The notes under the pieces are model-generated. The model searched no databases and was not told the origin of the DNA. It saw only the letters and a program-made list of their open reading frames with translations. Source: Lama glama (taxonomy: Eukaryota). Taken from it: a DNA stretch of 64,000 bases. The DNA is taken from assembly GCA_028534125.1 (NCBI GenBank), contig CM052817.1, forward strand, positions 66,776,001 through 66,840,000, in the 5' to 3' direction. Within the stretch, counting starts at the first letter, position 1; each line of letters starts with the position of its first letter. The position numbers and the translations under genes were made by a program. Positions 1 through 13,102 of the stretch are shown in pieces.

Positions 1-2640
1 TAAGGTAAAGTCTGTGGAGGAGAAAGGGAAGATGCCAGAATACTCACTTCAGCAGAGAGTGCAGTACTTGTGGTGAGAGGTTTTTCTCTTCCATTTGGAA
101 GCAAAGAGAATGGGCTGAGGGTCCAAGAGAAATTTCTGAATGTGATTGCAGATGCTTGTAAGAAAAAGGATCTGGTAGATCATCTCCTGGCTGTATCTCA
201 TTTGCTTAGAGAGTAGCCTGATTGATCTGCCCTTGTATCTATCTGATCAGGAGAACAGAATATTGAAGAAAGAAGAGAAGAAGCAGAACTGGATTGGCAA
301 AAATGTGTGAGATTGGCAAAAATCTAACGGATAATAGTCAGGCTCGAGTCCTCTTACCAGAAGTGCACCAAAGAGGGTTAACTACCAGGCAGGCTTTGGG
401 TGGACGGCTGGGTGCAGGACTGAGTGTTAACTGAAGAAGGTGATCCAGAACTAGATTTTATTTCAGAGGATTCTGCAATGGAGAGTCCCTGCAGGGCTTT
501 TTCTCACATGCAACCCATGTAGGAGTCTGTGTGTGGACACTTGTCATAGAGGGAGAAGAAATAATCAGTGCCAGCCCGGGGCTTCAGTTATGTGTAGGGA
601 GAGTTATATTATCTCATCCAGTTAAGTACAGGACATTTGAAATTTCCCAGGATTCTTCTACCTGTTCCAGTAATGACTTCATTCAAACCTAGAAATGAAG
701 AGGAGGGTGAGGAATGTTAAGACTCGACCACCCCTCTTTTCCATATAGCTCATAGGGTCACAGACCTATCATCATTGGAGGAAAGGGGAAGCTTGGAATT
801 GGATATGATTTTGGAGTTTTAAAATGGACTAGACTGAGTCTGGATAACCAAAAGTGCCTGGAGAGCAGTGAAGTATTTAAAATATAGTTGAAGAAAAAGA
901 GGGATTTGTCAGTGGATTTTTTAATCAGAAATTGGAAAAAAAGTTTCACTTTTTAATACCGCCAAGAGTTAAGAATCAACACTGGTTGCATAAACCCCTT
1001 CTTGCCTTGGCTTGTGGAAGTCAACACATCCTTCCTTATCTCAGAACTCTGCTGTGCAGACCCTCCTCACGGTAAAAGTTGACATGAGAGTGATGTGCCT
1101 TTTTGCACTTCATGGTCCTAAACTAGGGTACAATTTCTAGCTGTACAACTTTTGATGGGGTTCAGGAATAATGGCCTAGCTCTACTCTATCTGACTTCCT
1201 TTTAGAAGCCCATCTCAACACTATCTCTCCCAGAGGAGTAATGAGAAAAAGTAGCAGATGTATTTCATTTAACAACTATGAATGGTTTATCAGTATCCTC
1301 TGCATTTCACTCTGTGCTATGTCTTGCAACCACAATAAATCCATCAGCAACCCCTTTCTTCTCAGTCATACACAAGGTATGTTATGTGGTAAGATAAGAG
1401 AAAGGTTTCACGATACTGTCTCAAAGTCCTGAAATGCAATTTGCCTAGCCAGAAGCCCGGCTCTTATTTTAGGGAACTAAATGCTCTCTTGCATTTTTCC
1501 CTTGCGCTTTGATTTCTGAATGCCAGCAGGTTTTATATCCTCAGTTTTGTAATGTTGCTTATTGATGGGGAAAAAAGGGTAAAGCTGAAATGTGTTGCTT
1601 TCCCACTGCCAGCCAGTGGGAAACAGCAGGGCACCGTTCTCAGAGCAGATCTATTCTTCCCTTGTTCTCTTCCTGTTAAAAAGCTTTGTTTTTGCAGCCT
1701 TGAGCTGTCTTTCCAGTCAGCTCATTATGGCGTTAGCCTTTCCGTGACAACTTTTGCAGAATGACACCATACTGTAATGCTTGTCCTGTGACATGGCTCT
1801 GTTTATTTTTGTCCTTTGGTATGCTGAAGATGCCAGGACGCTTCCAGTGAAACAGCATTGCTTTTGCTTTTCCCTCCTGCCCAGTTAGCCATTTTATGGT
1901 TAAGACTTCTCTTCTAGATGCTCAACCCCTCCTTAGGCTGTGTTATTTTTTTCAGTCTCAGATTCTGAGCAAATTTGCCTCCTTATCTATCATGAGCCTT
2001 AAGCTGCTGCTGTTACTTTCTGGCAAGTTAGGATTGCTGATTGAACCAGGCTGATTTAGAGTATGGATTTTAACAAGTAAGCGTGTTTAATGCAGTTTTG
2101 CAAAAGTGGTTGGAACTCATTAGGTGTGTAAAAATGTGTCACCGCCTCCTGTTACTGAGTCTTCTGGGTTTTACCTCACATTCTCTGCTTCTTTTGGCTA
2201 AGAAGACACCTGTGCACACCTTTTTGATAGCATGGCCATAGAAGCAAATAAATACAGGAGACAAAGAGAGCTGTTAAAATTCAGGGGTAGGGAATGGATT
2301 ACAGATACTTAAGCAGGAAAATTATATTTTAAAAATGATTTTTTGAGCAAGTTTATATCAGCAGTTTGCAACATGAACTGTGGATGGGACTTGGAAAGGC
2401 AATGGAGGCAGAAAGGGCATCCACCTGTGAGAGGCCATGACAGTCAGAGGAGTGTGAGGAGAAGCAGCCTCTGGTGGAAGGGAGGACTGAGGAAAAGGAG
2501 AGAGGAGCCAATCCTAGGCAGCGGCAGAACAGCAGGGAGGGGGCCGTCAAATGTAGGAGACATAGAGGAAAGAAAAATAAATGTAATTCCAAAGTCTAGA
2601 GAGAGACAGTTCAGAGAGGTGAGGAAAGTTGGGAGGGCAT

Positions 2641-3702
2641 TTTTTTTAACCATTTAAAAAAATTGAAGTATAGTTAATTTACAATGTTGTGTTAGTTGCA
2701 GGTGTACAGCAAAGTGATTCAGTTATGCATACAAACACACACACACTTCTTTTTCTTTTTCAGATTCTTTTCCATTACAGGTTATTACAAGATACTGAAT
2801 ATAGTTCCCTGTGCTATACAGAGTAGGGCCTTGTTGTTTATCTATTTTATATACAGTAATGTGTCTATGTTAATCTCAAACTTCTAATTTATCACCCTCC
2901 TCCACTTACCCCTTTGGTAACTGTAAGTTTGTTTTCTATGTCTGTGAATCTATTTCTGTTTTGTAAATAAGTTCATTCATATCAATTTTTTGGATTCCAC
3001 ATATAAATGATATCATATAATACTTGTCTTTCTCTGACTTACTTCACTTAATATGATAATCTCTAGGTCTACCCATGTTGCTGCAGTGGCATTATTGCGT
3101 TCTTTTTTGTGGCTGAGTAATATTCCACTGTTTATGTATACCACATCTTATTTAAATCCAGTCATCTGTTGATGAACATGTAGGTTGCTTTCATGTCTTG
3201 GCTATTGTAAATAGTGCTTCTATGAACATTGGGGTGCATGTATCTTTTTTAATTAGAATTTTCATCTTTTCCAGGTATATACCCAGGAATAGGATTGCTA
3301 GAACATAGGGTAACTCTATTTTTAGTTTTTAAGGAACCTCCATACTGTCCACAATAGTGGCTACACTAATTTATATATCCACCAACAGTGTAGGAAGGTT
3401 CCTTGTTCTCCACACTCTCTCCAGAATTTATTATTTGTAGACTTTTTAATGATGGCCATTCTGACAGGTGTGAGGTGATAATTCATTGTCTTTTTAATTT
3501 GCATTTCTCTAATAATTAGTGAACATCTTTTCATGTGCCTGTTGTCCATCGGTATGTCTTCTTTGAAGAAATGTCTATTTAGATTTTCTGCCCATTTTTT
3601 GATTGGGTTTTTGATTTTTTTTATTAAGCTGTATGAGCTGTTTGTATATTTTGGAAATCAATTCCTTGTCTGTAGCAATGTTTGCAAATATTTTGTCCCA
3701 AA
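2641..3702 (-). mobile_element. 5'-truncated LINE-1 (ORF2 C-terminus plus 3' UTR) with target-site duplication
   Basis: T-rich tail at left. ORF 3361-3549 reads [28 protein letters not shown], typical of the L1 ORF2 end. Direct repeat TTGGGAGGGCAT at 2629-2640 and 3703-3714. Confidence 0.95.
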
Positions 3703-4699
3703 TTGGGAGGGCATGTTTAAAGTAGATGAAGAGACAAAAAAATACTTAGTTTCACAGGCCAATAAGACATGTTTCTGATGTGTTTGTTAGTATATATTTC
3801 ACTCAAAGTCAGTAATTTTTATTCCAATGTGGCCTTTTTTATTTATCTTGCTTCTGACATTCAGTAATGCTGTATGTTAGAACACTTCATCATTATCATG
3901 TCACATGGAGAAAAGTTTACTTTAGCATTTTTTTGAATGGTGTGAAGTGCTTTCCAATCATAAATAAACAGTTTACTTTTAGACTCAGTGGTAGAACACA
4001 TCAGACCATCTAAAAGAAATGAAAAGGGATAAGAAAAATTGAATAAAGGAAGCAAAAGCAAAGTGTATTATTCCCCCAAATTCTACTTCTTGGAAGAAGA
4101 TCAAAGAGGCTTGAAGAATATTGTAATCCACTGCTGTAATGTTAATTCTAATTTCTAGGCAGATATGAGTTTTGAATCACAAATTCTTCTGTGGAATAAT
4201 CCATACGTGAATGAATGCTAAAGAGACATTAATAAAATTATGACTTTAATTGAATGACTACAATTAGACATTTTATTTTTAATCGTTAATGATTACATGG
4301 AAATTTTGGTTTTAATAAAGTCAATTTAATGTAGCTAACCTTACAAACAAATATCAATAAGTGCCATAGATACAATAAATATAAGAGAACACTTCCTAAA
4401 ATTCCTAATTTCTGTCACAACTTGTATTATAGTCTGTATCTTTGAATAATAGAGGATGACCATATAAGCTATCTGAATACATCCTTACAACAAAGACAAA
4501 CATAAAACCACTTTACATTTTTTATTATATGTATTATACTTTCATTTATTTGTGTGTAGAAATCCTATATCCCTTTTCATCCCTGGGTCTGATATTAAGT
4601 TATTAAGAACCCTCCTGGACAAAGAGAACCAGAAAGATTGTTCCTGCCTTTCAGGACAGTTGTTTGATTTCTAGTCCATTGACTCTGACTCCAACACAA

Positions 4700-4836
4700 T
4701 TTCCTGGAATGCTTATTAAATAAGCAGGATGCTACTGAGATCCATTGAATTAAAGTTTGAAGTTTAAGTCTAGGAATCTGCATCTTAATAATTGCTTTAG
4801 ATAATTCTTATACTTCCTTATGTTTGAGAACCTTTG
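4700..4836. mobile_element. MER5-like hAT-Charlie DNA transposon relic
   Basis: CTAGGAATCTGCAT...TTTGAGAACC motifs typical of MER5; degenerate. Confidence 0.6.
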
Positions 4837-5242
4837 TCCCAGAAATCCACAATATCTGACATAAGCAATGATTAATATACATGAACAGACCATAAAATAG
4901 TGGATGAAATCTTTTTTATAGGCAATAAAACTTTTTTATTACATTCATAGCATAGCCCATGAATGAACTCATAGTAGATGCTTAATATTAGTGAGTAATA
5001 AGACAGTTTATGTACCAGATATTGAATTACCATGGCAACCTGAGTACTTTCAGTTTTTAAAGCAATTCATTGAATTATTTTTGATTACAAAGAAAGGAAC
5101 TGTTTTTACTTTTTAGTTTTGCTGTGTGACATAAACAAGTTTGTTTTTCATGATTTTAAAACAATGAAAAGTGAAGCATTGAAAGCTTTTATGGGAGAAT
5201 AAATACATATAGGTCTTAAAATATGCTTGAGATTGACTTTCA

Positions 5243-5997
5243 AAAGGGACCCCCCTCCTACACTGCTGGTGGGAATGCAGTGTGGTGCAGCCATTATGGA
5301 AGACAGTATGAAGATTCCTCAAAAAACTAAAAATAGACTTACTGTCTGATCCAGCAATCCCACTCCTGGACATATATCTGGAGGGTACTCTAATTCAAAA
5401 AGACACATGCCCCACAATGTTCATAGTAGCACTATATACAATAGCTAAGACATGGAAGCAACCTAAATGTCCAGTGACAGATGACTGGATGAAGAAGTTG
5501 TGATATATTTATACAATGGAATACTACTCAGCCATAAAAAAGAATAAAATAATGAATGCCATTTACAGCAACATGGATGGACCTAGAGATCATCATTCTA
5601 AGTGAAGTAAGCCAGAAAGAGAAAGAAAATTACTATATGATATCACTCATTTGTCAGATCTAAAAAAAAGAAAAGAGGACACTAATGAAGTCATCTACAA
5701 AATAGAAACAGACTCACAGACATAGTAAACAATCTTACGGTTACTGGGAGAAAGGGGGTGGAAAGGGATAAATTTGGGAGTTTGAGATTTGCAAATGTTA
5801 GCCACTATATATAAAAATAAATTAAAACAAATTTCTTCTGTATAGCACAGGGAATTATATTTAATATCCCATAATAACCTTTAATGATAAAGAATATGAA
5901 AATGAATATATGTATGTATATGCATGACTGGGACATTGTTCTGTACACCAGAAATAGACACATTGTAACTCTACTTCATATTCTGACAAAATAAAAT
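5243..5997 (+). mobile_element. 5'-truncated LINE-1 3' end
   Basis: GATCCAGCAATCCCACTCCTGG, ACAATGGAATACTACTCAGCCATAAAAAAG, G-rich 3' UTR, short A tail. Confidence 0.95.
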
Positions 5998-6029
5998 GAA
6001 GATTGATCCAATTTGTTGAGGCCTTATGC

Positions 6030-6500
6030 CTGTTAGGAATATATCCAGCTATAATAATCAAATAGGGTTTATTTTTCTCACATAACAAATCTCTAAGTGG
6101 GTAAGGTGTTGGTTCAACCTCCCCATAATGTCTGTTACCTGGAACTATATCTTCTCTCTTTGTTCTACCATCTCAGCATCCTTTTTTTTTTTTTGACTTC
6201 ACTCAGTATGACTTCTGTAGTTCCTGGCTTTATGTCAGTATTCAAAGCAGAAAGAAGGGAGGAAAGGATGGTCCTAACTATTGCTTTTTTTTTTAAGTCA
6301 GCAAATGAAATCTTTCCCAGAAATTCCTTAGTAGATTTCCCTATTTGACTTACGGCTTTTTGACCAGAACTCTGTCACATAGTAACCTATTGTGAGTTTG
6401 GGAGAATGAGTAACTAGGTTTTGGATTCTCTAATAGGTGGTAATGGAAAAGACAGTTGGGAAATGACTTACAGATTGGCCAAAGAACAGTGTCTGCCACA
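6030..6500 (-). mobile_element. MLT1-type MaLR solo LTR (old)
   Basis: TTTATTTTTCTCACATAACAA near the left end; right end CAGTGTCTGCCACA is the reverse complement of the TGTGGCAGACACTG LTR start. Confidence 0.75.
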
Positions 6501-6699
6501 ATGTCTTCTCATCCCTAGTGGCCCTGGGGCTGGACACTTTAAGATTGCTGGGAGCATAACTAACGAACAGGCTGCTTACCTACCATGTAGGGCTTCCTGA
6601 AGTTCTTTCGAAATCTTGCTTCTGTATCACTTGCTGTTCATTTTGGCCCTGCACATGATGTTTCCGAATTCCTGATTCCACCTCCCTTTCTGACAGTGA

Positions 6700-6940
6700 G
6701 GTTTAGTAGTGGGGACTACAGGCTCTGGACGCGGGTGGCCTGAGTCTGAATCCCAGCTGGGCTACTTTCTAGCTGTATAATCTTGAGCTGGTTATTTGAC
6801 CTCTGTGGGGCTTCCTGTCTTCATTTGTCAAGTGTGAAATAATAATGGTACCTACCTCATAGAGGTACTGTAAAAATTTAAAGATATAACCCTATGCCTA
6901 AGCTATGCTAAACGCTTGACAAATGTTAATGTTATTATTT
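6700..6940 (+). mobile_element. MIR SINE
   Basis: GAATCCCAGCT..CTAGCTGT..ATAATAATGGTACCTACCTCATAG core. Confidence 0.85.
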
Positions 6941-8279
6941 TGATTTATCTCTCAATCTTACCAATGTATGTAATCACAATACTTGACATACAGAGGAAGC
7001 TTAGCTAAAAATTCCCTTACAATTTCCTTCTTTGTGGATAAATGACGCACTTTAATGTAATGGTGTGTGTGTATTATGTTTGTGTGATTTGTGGAGGTGA
7101 AGTGCAACTAGAATCTTTTCACAGAAATGTCCTAGGTCCCAAGTTTTCTGCCTTTTTGAGACGATTACCTAAGTGAACTATATTTTGCAAAGATGAATTT
7201 CTAAAATAATCTCAAATTTGTAAAAACAAATTTCTAAAATCTTTATTTTTTTTATTATTAAAATGTCTGCTTCAGCAGGAAATGATGAAACATCTGAGTG
7301 CCATTAAGAGACATCAGGACAAGCTGGGAAAGGAAGGGAAGTACATGCCTCCACCTTAGCACTGGGCAAGGAGGAGCCTAGGTCCTGAGCAGAGCAGCTG
7401 CTGGTGGTTGGAGGCTGATTTTCATGTTCTCTCTTCCCCACTAGAAAGTTTCTTTACTGCAGATCCCTTTGTGAAAGTGCCTAAAAATAAGGATTGCTCC
7501 ATTCTAAAAAAAAAAATTGCCTGCCATTATTTCTCCAGACATGTACAGGGACACTGGGAATGAGATGAGGTTGTGGCAGACACTGTCCTTTGGCCAACTC
7601 AAAAGTCATTTCCCAATGGTCCTTTCCATTGCTGCCTACTGTGGAATCCAAAAGTTAGATACTCATTTTCCCAGACTCACATGATTTCTCCTGACGTATA
7701 ACATCATACTCTCCATTATTTTGTTAGTACTTTCCCCATTGTTTATTTCTGGGGAGTAGATATTTATAGAAGTTAAAATGGTCCTCCAAGAATGTTTTTT
7801 TCAAGAACAAAATGCATGGCTTAGAAGAATAATCTGACTGAGGAATAGTTGGGAGGGCACTTGAAAGTGAATGTGCCTCAGTGGAGAGGAGGATGCTGAT
7901 TAGAAATGTGGAGGTGATTCTGAGGCAAACTGTTAACTTCTTTACTGTTTTACCCCTGTTCAGCTCTTGTTCCATCTTTTGATTAAGGTGTACTCACTTT
8001 ATGATTTACAGAGCACATTTTCTTGCCCTTGGTATTTAAGTAATTGAAGTTAATCTCTTTGAAGGAGATCTCAGTTGAATTGATTTAAGATTTAAAAAAT
8101 CATTAAGAGAAAATTAATAAGAGAAAACATTTTATGGTAACACAGATATTATAGTCTTAGCCCCTGCAATCTGACCCAATAGACAGAATAAGCTCCAGCA
8201 AAGCAGCGAGTATGAGGCAAATGTTCAGCTTCTCTCATTAAAAAACAGGATTATGCAACAATATAGACTTTGCAAGAAT

Positions 8280-9406
8280 ATTGTTTTAAGAAGGAATTAA
8301 GCAGAATTTGTTTATCTACCTTATTTTCATACTAGAAATCCAGCCTGGAGGACTCAGCTCCTAGATGTCTCTGGATATGTGGAACAAATATCCTGGCTTA
8401 TCCAGAGATTGGAGTCTGACAGAGGGAGAGGAGAAAATAAATAGAAGGAATGACTCTAGGAGGTAATTAATGCCATAGGGCTTCTGAATTCTGATTTCTA
8501 CTGTTTAGTTTTTGGTTTCCAAGAGGATGATGCAAGGCATAGGGAACTTAGATAAGTGAGTAGGAGGGAAAGAGCAGGATCTTTTTACCTGCTTTCCCAT
8601 TTGTAGGGTGACAATCCAACTTATCATTCAGAGTGCAACATATTTTTTTTTAGAGTGAAGATATTCTAAAATCCACACTGAGGCGAATAGCAAAATCCAG
8701 GATTTTTTTTTCCCCTTTGGACAATTGGTAGATATAGTTAATCTACTCTGTACCAAGAAGGTGTGCATAACCAACCTACTTCAGAGAATATGGTGTGGCG
8801 TGCTAGAGTGAGTGCCCAGATGACTCTTCTGTGTGTAATGCACCCAGAGTAAGAATCAGTCAGCCTGTCATCAGGAAGCTTCTGGTGAGTTTTGGTAACT
8901 CCACAGCAGAGACAGGTGAAAACTTCATCCGGAGGCTGGATGAAGTAAATGGTAATCACCAAGGGCCAGTGGTCTGTGAAGACAGCATAAGTCAACGAGC
9001 CTACTGTGATCCAGGGGCAGCCTGGATTATCAGAGGCCATTAGACTGTAGTGACCAGAAGACAGAGGACATTGCTCCAAGAAACGGTGTCTGCATGAAAT
9101 GAGGGGTGCCCTTGCTTGCTGTGGCACAAGGACACATAAGCCATATTCCTTCCCTTATATCCCTGGAGGTCAATTAGGAAGAGAAACAGGGGATGGGGTT
9201 GCTGTACGGGAGGTTAAATATTTTTATTAAATAAAATATTAATAGAGAGATGTGTGGCCTCTTAAGTTATAGGGTAGGAGTAAATTTAAACTAGATATAA
9301 ATTTATTTGAATTTGTATTTGTGGAAAGATTAGTTATAAATAAACTAAAGGAGCTATGTCTCTGCAAATCTGAGTTGTACTGAATTATGTGATCCTCCTT
9401 GCTACA
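8280..9406 (+). mobile_element. Ancient Gypsy-type LTR (MamGypLTR-like); left boundary uncertain
   Basis: 3' end AATAAA..TGCAAATCTGAGTTG..GCTACA resembles recalled MamGypLTR termini. Confidence 0.45.
8604..8745. mobile_element. MER81/MER94-like hAT-Blackjack relic nested in the LTR
   Basis: Starts TAGGGTGAC, has internal TTTTAGAGTGAA and a degenerate right TIR (TAGTTAATCTA). Confidence 0.45.
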
Positions 9407-9947
9407 TTTAAATAATTATATATTTACTGATAGCGGCCAGAGATCCCTTCCCTATGTATTTCTTCTAAAAAACCTTAGTAATATTATCATTTTTTTGAAT
9501 CATTCCCTGGGATCAGTACTTCATATGAACCCTCTACTTCATATGAACCCTCTAATCTGAATAGTCCTAAGAGACAGTTATTATTATTTTATTTTATAGC
9601 TAAGTTAGTCAAGGCTAAAAGAAATCAGAGAGCTTGATCTAGTTCATCTAATTCATAAGTGATAGAGCTAGATTTACACCAAGCTAAAATATTTACATTG
9701 CTTACATAGTACATTTCATTCTAACCTTCTTTATTTTATCACAAATATATTAACGATCAGTGCATTGGACTCTTGACTTTTCAATCTCTCTTCTATGTGG
9801 TTTTAAACCAAATTAGTAATTTGGTTAATTACTGAACTTTTCACAGGCTAATAATAAATTTTCTCAGCTAGATTTAAAATTTCTTTGTGTTTTCTTCTTG
9901 ATTGTCCTATGTCTGTTTCTTGCATCACTGTCATCTTTATAATTTTC

Positions 9948-10430
9948 CATTCATTCAATAAGTGTTTATTGAGTACCTATTATATTTCAGGAGCTGTTTC
10001 AAGTTGAGATATATGAGTAAATGAAACTGATAATGATCCTTATCCCCTTGGAACTTTATTCTACTGGTGGGGACCAAAAATAAAATGAGTGAGTAAATTG
10101 TAAGATATAGTAGAAGGTGATAATTGCAGCGCACATAAATGTGATTCTGGGTACTTGGAGTTGGTAATGGGCATGGTTTGCTATTTTAGGGAGAGGATAA
10201 GAATAGGTCCTCCATTGAGAAAATTCTGTTTGAGAAGAGCATGAGGAAGTTACCTTGCACATGTCCAGAGGAAGAGCAGCTCATATGGAACAAAATAGAC
10301 AGTGCAAGGGCCCTGAGGTTGTGTGGCCAGAGGACAATAAGTAAGATAAAGTCAGAGAGAGATACAGCTGGGGGTGTTATGTGAACAGATTTTATAGGAA
10401 CTTGAAAAGTCATTGCAAGACATTTTAGAA
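9948..10430 (-). mobile_element. L2 LINE 3' fragment
   Basis: CATTCATTCAATAAGTGTTTATTGAGTACCTA tail followed by purine-rich L2 body. Confidence 0.8.
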
Positions 10431-11683
10431 GACTGCAATAAGACATCTGAATAATTTCATATTCTTTTTTAACACCTTGTAGGGCTATAAGCATGTACTT
10501 CTTTTTACGGGCAGATGATGACTTTACTCTTTAAATTTCTTTACCAGCAGATAGTGACATCCAGACACATTATGTTTACATTTTTGTTGAGGGACCATAA
10601 TCTATCATAGATTATTTTATTAGAAGATTTGTGGTTTCTCTACCCAGAAAGTGATTTTTAGTTCCTCGATTACTAAAAGTCACAGAGTTCTCCCTACCAT
10701 CTTCGACTAGTTTGTGGGCATCAACTGTTTTTTTAAAGCCACCATAAACCTCAAGATCAGGTGACACCATGGACACATAGGATTTCAAGAGTTGTTGTTC
10801 CTTTTCTGTCTTCCCGCTCTTTATATTTTGCTCAGTGATTTGCAGGAAGGAGTTAAAAACAGCTTTAATCTTATCCACTAGACTAGACCCCAGAGTAAAA
10901 AGAGTAAAAATTATATTTAGTAGGAGGAAAGCCTTATCTTGACAATGCCATCAGCATGATGTCCAGTCTAAGTATATCTGGCAAATAAACCTTGGAACCC
11001 TGGAAAATGTCCCCTAAGCTATGGAACCCTCTTGGGTATAACATGTAGATGTTTTACGATTGAATGCTCTCACTGTGTGAGGATGCTGTGAACCTTTCTT
11101 AGAAACCTCATCCATTCTTGGTCAGAAGGGCGGGTCTGACCCAACAAGGAAGAACTGGGGAGCCACCTTTGATGCCCCAGATCTTCCTCTGCTTGTCTAA
11201 TCCTTTAAATTGAAATTATTCACTAGAATGTAACACTGGTTAAAATCATCTCTGATTCTTGTTAGTCTGAACTGAGAATTTAATCCTGTGTTACTTCAGT
11301 GATAGAAAGTGAATCTTCAATAATTATTACTTATAAGAAAGGACCAAATTTACCACAGGTTCACGGACTGTTGTTTGTAAACGCAGGGGAAGAAGCATCT
11401 CTGAATGATATTATTTTGGGGAAACTGGGCTCAAATATTCTGAGTGGAATCTAAAGATAAGTGGCATGTTAGTAAGAGGCAAGAAAACAAATTTTAAGCA
11501 AACTTGGAGTAAGAAACATGTTCTTTCAAATTTGATAGTTAGGAACTATTAGCTCCTTAAATTCTGCTATTGTTTGGTGCTTCTGAAATTCCTTTTCTAA
11601 GAATTGTTTCAGGAAATGTATCTTTAAAAATATTTCTGAATATAGCATATATTTATTCTTTTGGTGGTGTATTTCATTTTTAG

Positions 11684-11724
11684 GAGAAATTAGAAGCTAC
11701 TTAGAAATGAGTGCTATGAATAAG
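11684..11724 (+). CDS. Candidate 41-nt exon of an unidentified gene ((G/R)EIRSYLEMSAMNK, or ATG start MSAMNK)
   Basis: Acceptor ATTTCATTTTTAG, donor AAG|GTAGAT, one stop-free frame, no recognisable repeat around it. No homology recognised. Confidence 0.3.
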
Positions 11725-12605
11725 GTAGATATTTGAGGATTTTTAAAATGTGTAAATGTATAGTAATGTGACTTATTTTCTTGAATGGTTTATAAGTTAA
11801 ATGTTTTGATAATTCTCAAAATGAAGTACATGACTATCTGATCAAATAGCTTTATTGTAATAAATTATATTTTCCCAAGATGACTGCACTGTAGGGCAGT
11901 ACTCATTTGGCTGTTTTTCTTCTGACCACCTACCCTGATCATCCTACTTAAGATACCTACTTTTATCATTTTATTTAAAATATATGTTTTTGATCAAGAT
12001 CTTTGTTCAGTGGATGTTTTCCCCTATGATATTGGTAATAATTGCTTTATGGAGACCAGAACTGTCTTTATATTATATATTTTAGTTTTCTCCTAATATC
12101 AGTGGAATGGCCCAGAGCAAAAGAGTGTAATTTTCCTAATATGCATCTGAAGGAATAATTGCTTTTTTTTTTATTAGCAGCCTAATTAAAATCTATTGCA
12201 TTGTGTTTATCCACAAAAACCTACATTTTGCAAATGACTAATGATTACAAGAAATAACACTCTGCAGACTTTCTCCTATGTAAAACAAGGAATTTGCTTA
12301 CTATGCTTTCTTTATCTATATCTGAGCACTATGATTTAGTTTCTGTTGAAGTGATATGATTTCTTTCCTAACAAAAAAGATGATAAATTTAGGAGTAACT
12401 TACAAAAAATTGAGATGAGCTAAATAGTCCTAAAAACTGAAAAGTACTTGTTCTGCTTCATGCTCTGCATGGTTATTGTATGTGCATTATGTGTCTGTGT
12501 ATCTGTGTGTATACATTGATATGACACATTATTTTTAAAATAAAAATATTTCTAATAATATATGAATATCTCAGATATTATAAGGTAAAATAAATATTGG
12601 TGTGT

Positions 12606-13041
12606 GTATGTCAGTTAGGGTCCTCTGAGGACAAGACATTGAGAATTAGCAGTCTGAGAGGTTTAATGGATGGTAATGCCTGTGAGAGATAAAGAGGGGA
12701 GGAAACAGATCTGACAGCAGCAAAAGAAAAGGGGAGTGGAGCAGGGTTGGGTAGGGGACTCTCAGACTGTGATGCACATATGACAAAGCCTTGAACAAAC
12801 CAACAGGGAGGTGTAGACCAGAGATGCCTGATAGAAGAGTCTGGTATTTGGCAGAAATGATCATGTCCTAGTGCCCACACCATGCTCAGTTGTTAGCTAT
12901 CATAGGCTGTTGGGGAAGAGAGTGACTACTACTCAAAAAGAGGTGGGTACTGAAAGCACTGATTTTTGGGAACTGTCATAACTTCACTCCTTGTAGCTGA
13001 ATGGCAAGTTCCTTTTTGAAGATAGATCCACAGCTGCCACA
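12606..13041 (-). mobile_element. LTR16-like ERVL solo LTR
   Basis: TGTCAGTTAGGGTCCTCTGAGGA..., CTCTCAGACTGTGATGCA and terminal CTGCCACA resemble the LTR16 family. Confidence 0.75.
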
Positions 13042-13102
13042 GCATGCATGATGTGTGTGTGCATGCGTGCATGTGTGTGTGTGTGCATGCGCATATGTAC
13101 AC
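13042..13102. repeat. (TG)n/GCAT alternating purine-pyrimidine tract
   Basis: Seen directly. Confidence 0.9.

Noticed and set aside
41..94. Minus-strand ATG..AA|GTGAGTA (MEEKNLSPQVLHSLL)
   Set aside because: The donor is strong, but there is no other support, it is at the window edge, and it may lie in an LTR relic.
292..323. Repeated GATTGGCAAAAAT (two reverse CCAAT boxes)
   Set aside because: Short local duplication with no other promoter evidence.
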